The notes under the pieces were generated by a model that saw only the letters and a program-made list of their open reading frames with translations, was not told where the DNA came from and ran no database searches. The translations under genes and the position numbers were made by a program. Below are positions 56,543 to 64,000 of a DNA stretch of 64,000 bases, in pieces (positions within the stretch are counted from its first letter, which is position 1; every line of letters begins with the position of its first letter). This DNA comes from Neophaeotheca triangularis (taxonomy: Eukaryota): assembly GCA_054600435.1 (NCBI GenBank), contig BAAIJX010000028.1, positions 62,001 through 126,000 of the forward strand. Direction: 5' to 3'.

Positions 56543-57730
56543 ATGCTTCCCCCAACCCCCCTCAAGCCTCTCGCCCTCTCCCTGGCAACCCTCTCCCTCG
56601 CCTCCGCAGGCCTAACCGGCGACATCCTAAACGGCTACCCGGTCATCGACTCCCTCGACCTAGACACCGTCCCCTGCAACAATGTCACCCGCTACTACCT
56701 CCGCATGCCCGACGTCGCCGGAAACTGGGCCCAACACATCCCCATCTTCGTCGCCCGCGGTTCCCCAGAAGGGCCCAAACTCTCCGTCTCCGCCTCCATC
56801 CACGGCAATGAGCTCTCCCCCGTCCGCGTCGCACAGAAAACTCTCGCCTATCTCGAAGCAAACATCGACTCCCTCAACGGCACCGTCATCGGCATCCCCA
56901 CTCTGAACCCCTCCGGCACCTACCTCTCCCAACGCGAGTACTTTGAAGGCGGCAACGACGCCGACTACGACCTAAACCGCTACTTCCCCGGCGCGCCTTG
57001 GACGTTCGAGTCCCCTGCTTCGGCCGCTTCCATCTACACCGACATCGTATGGACGGCTCTCTGGGGCAATGGGAGCAACGTCGACGTCGCCGTGGATGTG
57101 CACACTGCCGGTGCGGGCAGCTATGCCCCGCTGTGGGTGTATGCGGATGTGCGAGCGCCGTATGTGCAGCGCATGGCGGAGCTCGCCGAGCCGGATTTGC
57201 TGAAAGTTGATGCTGGTGAGCCTGGCAGTGTGGAGACGACGTTTGTTGGTGCGGGAATTCCCGCCTTGACGTTGGAGTTGGGAGAGGGGTTGGTGTTTAC
57301 GCCGGAGTATATTGAAAGGGGAGTGACTTTCCTCGAGCGCTTGATGGGGGATTTGGGTATGTTGCCTACTGAGGAGGTTTACGAGGCTGATTTGGCGGAG
57401 ACTTTTGTCGGCGAGATTTTCCAGAGCTTGCCTTGTCAGTACCCTGGGTGGATGGAGTCGCTCGTCTCGATTCTGGATGATGTCGAGGAGGGTCAGGAAA
57501 TCGCAAAGATTTACAATCACTGGGGTGATTTGCTTGAGACGGTTACCAGTCCTGTGGCTGCGAGGGTTTTTACTGTCAGGAGTGATCCTGTTATTGGGCC
57601 CGGAAACTCTGTTGCGAGTTTGATTTTTAACTCGACTAAGGTGTCTGGGTGTGATGGAGGATGTGTTATTAGTGGGAGGGAGTTGCCGACGGGTGATGGT
57701 GAGGAGGCGATTAGGAGGAGGAGGCGTTGA
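56543..57730 (+). CDS. Secreted succinylglutamate desuccinylase/aspartoacylase-family (M14-like) zinc hydrolase
   Basis: Signal peptide LALSLATLSLASA. Motifs ASIHGNE, DLNRYFPG, VDVHT and LTLELG. C-terminal barrel-sandwich-like segment. Intronless. Confidence 0.85.
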   Translation: MLPPTPLKPLALSLATLSLASAGLTGDILNGYPVIDSLDLDTVPCNNVTRYYLRMPDVAGNWAQHIPIFVARGSPEGPKLSVSASIHGNELSPVRVAQKTLAYLEANIDSLNGTVIGIPTLNPSGTYLSQREYFEGGNDADYDLNRYFPGAPWTFESPASAASIYTDIVWTALWGNGSNVDVAVDVHTAGAGSYAPLWVYADVRAPYVQRMAELAEPDLLKVDAGEPGSVETTFVGAGIPALTLELGEGLVFTPEYIERGVTFLERLMGDLGMLPTEEVYEADLAETFVGEIFQSLPCQYPGWMESLVSILDDVEEGQEIAKIYNHWGDLLETVTSPVAARVFTVRSDPVIGPGNSVASLIFNSTKVSGCDGGCVISGRELPTGDGEEAIRRRRR

Positions 57731-58885
57731 GGGGGGTCGTAAGTATGACAGTCACCTATCGGTTTTATGAACATGGTCTCAAAACCAGCTTTCACTAGAT
57801 TATGCTATTCCTTCTAATCCTTCCCTCCCTATAGCGAGAGAACACTAGCAAATCGCAATAGGTCCGTCATTCGACGACGACGATGCCGCCGAGGTGTAAG
57901 CACTATATACTTTCGTACAGCCTCGAATCAAATCCCTTGTGGCAAAGCTGCCCGAGCACCCGACTTGATATGTTCGCTAATCGCAGCATAACCTACATCT
58001 CTTTGAGCGGTCTTACTTTACTTGCAGCGCAAGTCTTCCCCCACGGGGTTAAGTATCTGCAGTCAGCTTGCATATACTCACAGACATGGCTAAGTGGTAT
58101 GAGCTGAGCTGAGTTGAAGCGAGTCCGGTCCTTTCTTTCTGTTTGTCTGCCACGATCGGATCATGGAAGAAGCCTGTTGGTATTGGATTCGGATACGTTT
58201 GGTTTCTACACTCTCCCCTTCTTTTCTTCAGCAGTGCGACTCTTAAGTATCGCCGCCTCTAAAGCATGGTGAGTGGCAAGGTAGCAGTATGAAGAAGTGA
58301 CGTTTTTCATCTTGCCGAAGGCGATCGACGATCCTGGCACGCGTACTTTTGTCGGACGAGATTGGTCAAGCTCGTGCGTGGTGACCTCCGGGCGAGACTA
58401 CAACATACTCCCATATCACATTCCGTTCCATCGAAATGCTTCTAAAAGTAGTCTGCATCTCCAACTCTAACGCTCACTTTTCTTGCCAAGAGGCCACGAC
58501 GACATGCTCCACTTCTCCTCGTGTTGCAGCTATGAATGTCTCAAGTTTCCATCGGATCGTCGTCAATGGCTTCAACTACTGATTCAGTACGATGCATTGT
58601 TCTTCACCGCGTATTGGGAAAGATCAAACCTTTTCCGTAGCAATGACATACTAGTGCCCTTGCTTCATCACTCAAGGTAGGAGTACTTGAACACTTTCCT
58701 TAAATCAATGTCTTCATCCCAAGGCAGGAGTTATGATGGCCGAAATACAGTCAATGGCGAGCTGCAAGAAGATTTACAATCTCTCTCGCAACAAAATATT
58801 CCTCCGTATATCTAGTAAAAAGAAAAACCCTCACGACAATCCAACACAGCATCGATCGATTACTACCAACCCTACAAAGAACGAT

Positions 58886-59715
58886 ATGAGCGACACCAAA
58901 ATCATCCACTGCGTCCGTCACGCTCAAGGCTACCACAATCTCAACATTGCCAACCATGCCCTTCGAGATCCAAAACTCACTTCCTACGGTGAAGAGCAAT
59001 GTCGTCGACTCGCCAAAGACTTTCCTAGCAAAAGCGTGGACTTGATAGTCGCCAGCCCGATAGTACGGACTCTGAATACATCTCTCATAGGGTTTGAGGA
59101 AGTGATTAAGAGCAAGGGCTTGAAAGTTGTGGCTATACCTGAATTGCAGGAGACTTCTGACTTGCCTTGCGATACTGGTAGTTCACCGGAGGACCTTGCA
59201 AAAGTCTACGAAGGCAAGCCTGTGGATTTGTCGAGAGTCAAGGCTGACTGGACGGACAAGCAAGGCAAGTTTGCGCCTACTGCTTCTGCGATTGAGGCTA
59301 GAGCAAAGGAGGCAAGGCAGTGGTTGATGGCGAGACCTGAAAAGGAGATTGTTGTGGTTACGCATGGTAGGTCTACTTTTCTCTTTCAAAACGTTCCTAC
59401 TGACTCTTTTCAGGCGGCTTCCTCCACTACTTTACCGAAGACTGGACGGGAGATAATCGTTTCCCTGGCACCGGCTGGGCCAACACCGAACTCCGCTCCT
59501 ACAATTTCAACACCAATGACGCCGACCCTCGCTTAGTGGAGTTGACGGAGAGTCGTCGTCGTCGGCTCGGGGATGAGAAGCCAATGGATCAGAATGAGCA
59601 GGCGAATCTGAAGCGCTCCGTCTCACGCGAGTTGGAGGGCAAGGGATATGTGCAGGTGCAAGAGATCAAGCACAAAATTCAGGCCGCGAGGAGGGATGAT
59701 GTTGGTGGGTATTGA
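58886..59715 (+). CDS. Histidine phosphatase / phosphoglycerate mutase-like protein; intron 59367-59413; in-frame upstream ATGs back to 58733
   Basis: Motifs VRHAQGYHN, ASPIVRTLNT, QETSDLPCDTG and VVTH/GGFLHY across the intron. Confidence 0.9.
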
Positions 59716-59777
59716 TTGCGATACTACGATTACGAGACCTAGATTAGATTGTGCTACGACGCTATGAACACTTCTTC

Positions 59778-59825
59778 ACTCCAATTTAGCTTTACTCCAA
59801 TTTAGCTTTACTCCAATTTAGCTTT
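59778..59825. repeat. Three perfect tandem copies of the 16-mer ACTCCAATTTAGCTTT
   Basis: Directly visible in the sequence. Confidence 0.95.
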
Positions 59826-59953
59826 AAACAGGGCCATCCTCAGTACCTAGAACATTCGCGGGACACAACGCACTCCAATCAAGCCAAAAGGCTAAGATTG
59901 TTCACAAGAAAGCGCGTTGACACGTGATATCGTGATGGTCGAAAGCCCACTAA

Positions 59954-61645
59954 AATCTCCTTCAAGACGAAAACACAGTCGAGCTCCTTCCCGCCGCAGC
60001 TGCTAGAAGGAGTGACGCTCTCTCATTGATCGAGCGAGTGCTGACTTTGAAACCCACCGTGCAAGTTCTCCTCGACGTCGGCGCTTTTTCACTCGAACTC
60101 TCGAATTTATCCGTTGCAAAAGAGTGGCTTCGGCGTTGCGACAAGAGTCAGGTTGATGGCGTTGTTTTTGTGGATGATAACGATGAGGTCTCTGTCGTAG
60201 ATCGCCAAGAATGCGTTGAGTGCTTGCGTGTCTCCTCCTTTGCCGCGCGTTTGGATAGATGCCGAGTCTTTCTTGATGAGAGCTATTGTCGCGGCATCGA
60301 TTTGGAATTTCCTGAGCACTATCGGGCTGCCGTAACGCTAGGAGCCTATCTCGTGAAAGACAGACTAGTCCAAGCCTGCATGAGGTTGCGAAAGCTGGGA
60401 CAGGGCCAGACCGTGATTTTTTTGGTACCAGATGAGATCGCTCGAAAGGTCACCGCGCTGGGGGGCAAGCCGGCCAAAGATCTGACAAGCCTCGACATCT
60501 TGCACTGGTCCATCTCCGAGATGTTCCAGGATGCTCGCAAAAGCATGCCGCTCTGGAGTATGCAAGGATATCGTTTCACTCAGCAGAAAGAGCGCTGGAA
60601 CGGTCTTTGTTCTAACAACACGACCGAGGACGATGCGAGACAATTCTTAGAGCCTGAAGCGCAGACTCTCGAGTACCGCTATCGTCCAAAGGGCAAAGGA
60701 GACACGATTCTGAAGCTGCTGGAATCTGACAACGATTCAGACATTGTTCAGATCAGGGAGAGATACCAGATGTTTAGAGAGATGCAGCTAAGTGCTAGCC
60801 AGCTACAAGAAGAACAGGAACGGGAACTCAGCCCCTAGATCGAACAAGAGAAAGAGAAGGAGATCCCCCCTACTGCGACCTCAGCACCACACAAGCTTCA
60901 CCAGGATTTGGTCCATTTTGTGTCTACCGGCATTGTCAAACCAAACTCAGGAGCCTAGCATACCGCGTTTCGAGTGTTGAAAGAGACAAGCGCCACCGAT
61001 GCTTTTGACATTGAGCCCCTCGCTAGGAAATGCCATCTGCTTGCAACCGACGACTATGCAAAGACGGTCCTCAAAACCGCCAAGGTGGACAAGCTTGATC
61101 TCTTCCAACGCCCAGCTCAGTTCCTATTGAGGTCGAAGCACTCCAACGGAAGGTACATCATCATCTCTCCATTCGAGGGCAACGCCCTTATGCCCGCCAT
61201 CATGAGGTCGGCACATACGCAGCTTTGTCTTTACAACCCACGGATCAATCTCGACCACACCTCTACGGACAGGCTGGACTTCATGAACGTCCCATGCTTC
61301 GAGAGCGTGGCGAAGCTTCCCAAAGACATCAGACTCGAGCTCATGTTGTTTTCGGGGCAGCTGTACTTGACAAGCTACACAGACTACGTGGATATATGCA
61401 AGTATCTTGGGCTCTTGGCCGTGCCTACCCCTGGAGGCTGGAAAGTTGCCGCAGATGGCTACATTCTCGAGGACAACATGGGACGAAAGGGAGGAACTTC
61501 ACGTCTGACGCAGTCTCCTGTCGGCTTCTTGAAGGCTGTCATGACCAGGATTCGCGGTGGGAGCGCGGACATCCAGAAAACGCATGTGGGGAGTGTTCTC
61601 AGTTGGCAGGTATTGCAGGCGGAGGATTTTGAGGTGCAGGAGTGA
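59954..61645 (+). pseudogene. 5'-truncated C-terminal fragment of a giant fungal DUF3638/DUF3645-type protein with two in-frame TAG stops (60836-60838, 60956-60958)
   Basis: Motifs VLLDVGA, FLDESYCRGIDL, AAVTLG...KDRLVQACMRLRKLGQGQ, EEQERELSP*IEQE, IIISPFE and LFSGQLYL...Y match my recollection of this family. One frame throughout, with no upstream portion. Confidence 0.72.
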
Positions 61646-62308
61646 ATTGTGGGATAGAGGGGTGGGTGTCGAGGAGTTCGAAAGGGAGCAGAGTTAGATA
61701 GCTAATCGTGAGGGTGATGTAGTTTAGCTGCCGTTAGATGCTAGTATGAACACCCTTGCAGACCACCTCTCCGTCTATTCTTGCTGTTTGGCACTGAGAT
61801 AATGGCCGGCTGGGCTTCGTGGTCGTGATTGTTACGACGACGATGACCCTGCCTTTGCTAACCCTACAGAGCAGATCGCTTCAAGAGGGTACTGCTAACG
61901 ACTGCGACAAAAGGCAAGCCAATAGGGATCAATGACTGAGAGCATGTTACCTGTTTCCACCTTCTAATCTTTTGCTCTTGTACTAGTAGTCTAATGTTGA
62001 TGCGACCCGTGGACATCGCCAGTCGCAGAAAGTCACCAATCGGGACATTGCCGATGACTGTCCGACTGACTCATGACAGTACTGAACGACTGCCTTGCTG
62101 TCGATCAATGGAAACTTATAGACTGGACTACCTTACCGTAGATACTTTACATGAATGTCCAGTCTTAAAATACATTAATGAACCAACTTACTATCGCCTA
62201 TCGCCTAGCGCTAGACGAGTGATCGATAGCAACACCCTGAGGACATGACCTCCGATGCTGGGACGAGACTCTCTTTTGAGCGAGGCGACCTTACCTCCAT
62301 AACGTAGT

Positions 62309-64000
62309 ATGAACTCGGCAGAAGCACCAGAAATCGCCGCACACCGCGCTTGCGCTACCTGCCGGTTGCAAAAGGTCAGATGTATACCGCAAGACGGAAG
62401 CCCGGACGTCTGCCAACGATGCGCGAGACTCGGGAAGCATTGCGTCTTCGCGCCATTGCAAAAGCGCAAGCAGAGGAAAAGGACTGACACCAGGGTCGCG
62501 GAGCTTGAGCGGGAGATGAGGACGATGAGGACGTTGCTTGATAGGAAGGACAGCGAGAATGCAAGAGTGGAAAGTATGGCAGCTGAGAACAATGGCGGAA
62601 ATGCTCAAAGAGGCCACGCAGTTGGGTATCCGGGACATGGAGAAGCGACGCCGTCGGGTCGAGATGACCCACCTGATCAAGATGAAAGTGATAAAGAGAA
62701 GGTAGGGTCGATCGCGGTTGAAGATGCACCGGGGAGGCGCATTGATGAGAGCTATCAAGATGACTGCATGGACGTTGTAGAGCGAGGCGTCCTGTCCCTG
62801 GCTACCGCAAGGCATCTCATCGACTTGTATAAGAACGATCTTGTTCATCACTTCTACTTCGTCGTCATCGACCCTTCTGAGACGGCCGACAAGTTGCGAC
62901 AGACAAAACCAACGCTATTTCTTGCGGTTTTGGCAGCGGCGTCTGGATCTTTGAACCCACAGCTCTCCAAGACTCTAGACCAGGAGATTCTCCAGATGTA
63001 TGCTAACAAGGTCCACATCAAGAGCGAAAAGTCCCTCGAGATTGTGCAAGCTCTGCTCGTAAGCTCAGTCTGGTATTCTCCACCAAACAAATTTGAGCAG
63101 CTCAAGTACTATGAGTATATTCACATGGCTCTTACAATGGCTCTCGACATTGGTCTCGGCAGTAGGGCAACAAGCTGCAGCCAACATTTTCCTCAAACTC
63201 GGACTTCACCCAGCACTGTCGCCCACCCTTGGAAAGATTTAAGCAATCGCGATGTTTCAATGTCGTCACGAGATTCTTATTCATCTCTGCAACACCAAAA
63301 CGCCGCGGCTGAGCTCGAGAGACGCCGCACCCTTCTGGCTGTGTACGGCACGTGTGCTGGCGCGGCTATGAGCCTGAGAAGATCGGCGATGCTCCGCGCA
63401 ACCAGCTACGTTCGTGAATGTATCGAGTACATTGAAAACGCGCCTCATTCATTAATTTCAGATGGAATATTGGTCAATTGGGTCAAGTTGATCGTCCTTG
63501 GCCAAGAGATAACCACTGCATTCTCATACGATGACACCGGATCAATCGCCTCCTTTGCCGACCGCAGCACTCAAGGCATGCTTGAAGACTTTGATCGACG
63601 GCTTACTCAAAGCTGGGAACAAATTCATACGGAGCACCGCAGTCTCTGTCTGAAGATCAATTACTACACCACTCGACTATACCTTTACGAAATCGCTCTC
63701 CACATTGACCACACACCAGAAGACTTTAAAGCCCCATACCAGCTAGGCACGGTAAAACCACGACAACAATGCAGCGCCGAGATACCAACTCGACCCCTAG
63801 CCAGCGCTGTTGCCGACATCGTGGACAGCTGTCACAGCCTCTTGGAAGCCTTCCTCACGCCAGAACCAAAGACAATGCGCGGTCTCCCAGTTTTCATCTA
63901 CGTCCGCCTCTCTCTCGCCGCTTTCACTTTAGCCAAACTCACACTGTCAGCATCGCACCCCGAGAGCAGGATTGGTCAGGTCCTGGATCATAGCTCTCTC
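62309..64000 (+). CDS. Zn(II)2Cys6 fungal transcription factor, truncated by the window end
   Basis: ACATCRLQKVRCIPQDGSPDVCQRCARLGKHCVF, followed by a middle-homology-like region (KPTLFLAVL, KSLEIVQALL, ERRRTLL). Confidence 0.92.
   Translation, partial: MNSAEAPEIAAHRACATCRLQKVRCIPQDGSPDVCQRCARLGKHCVFAPLQKRKQRKRTDTRVAELEREMRTMRTLLDRKDSENARVESMAAENNGGNAQRGHAVGYPGHGEATPSGRDDPPDQDESDKEKVGSIAVEDAPGRRIDESYQDDCMDVVERGVLSLATARHLIDLYKNDLVHHFYFVVIDPSETADKLRQTKPTLFLAVLAAASGSLNPQLSKTLDQEILQMYANKVHIKSEKSLEIVQALLVSSVWYSPPNKFEQLKYYEYIHMALTMALDIGLGSRATSCSQHFPQTRTSPSTVAHPWKDLSNRDVSMSSRDSYSSLQHQNAAAELERRRTLLAVYGTCAGAAMSLRRSAMLRATSYVRECIEYIENAPHSLISDGILVNWVKLIVLGQEITTAFSYDDTGSIASFADRSTQGMLEDFDRRLTQSWEQIHTEHRSLCLKINYYTTRLYLYEIALHIDHTPEDFKAPYQLGTVKPRQQCSAEIPTRPLASAVADIVDSCHSLLEAFLTPEPKTMRGLPVFIYVRLSLAAFTLAKLTLSASHPESRIGQVLDHSSL

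Noticed and set aside
59778..59825. Direct repeats as a CRISPR-like array
   Set aside because: No spacers, eukaryotic context; a simple minisatellite.
12402..60958. Genome-wide reassignment of TAA/TAG to Glu
   Set aside because: Conserved genes here end normally at TAA or TAG (eRF3, GLO1, MET22), and both tRNA-like genes have CTC rather than suppressor anticodons.
62067..62074. TGACTCAT Gcn4/CpcA-type site upstream of the Zn2Cys6 gene
   Set aside because: A single short match is expected by chance in 64 kb; no supporting evidence.

Overview
Gene-dense window from a filamentous ascomycete, judged from short GT-AG introns with CTRAC branch sites and fungal-specific families; a Dothideomycete is my guess, not established. 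It holds about 21 protein-coding loci. Most are housekeeping: hydroxyacid-oxoacid transhydrogenase, NMNAT, glyoxalase I, an MFS sugar porter, a SNF2 helicase, Bfr2, an OYE-family reductase, a BSD protein, a Yrb30-like protein, eRF3/Sup35, AlkB, an ataxin-10-domain protein, Met22, a PGM-family protein and a truncated Zn2Cys6 transcription factor. There is one canonical tRNA-Glu(CTC). Several loci stand out. (1) A ~2300-codon gene fuses a ZNFX1-type SF1 RNA helicase, Cys/His fingers and three CbbX/SpoVK-like AAA+ modules, and is interrupted by one in-frame TAA. (2) Two RBR E3 ligases lie in tandem. (3) A 5'-truncated, nonsense-disrupted fragment resembles the DUF3638/DUF3645-type giant proteins. 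(4) There is an atypical intron-containing tRNA-Glu-like element. (5) An unannotated ~210-nt structured element carries Pol III A/B boxes and an oligo-T terminator. (6) Several N-terminal extensions suggest dual targeting, including a GTG start in ideal context upstream of NMNAT. All calls come from reading the sequence by eye; no database searches were run.
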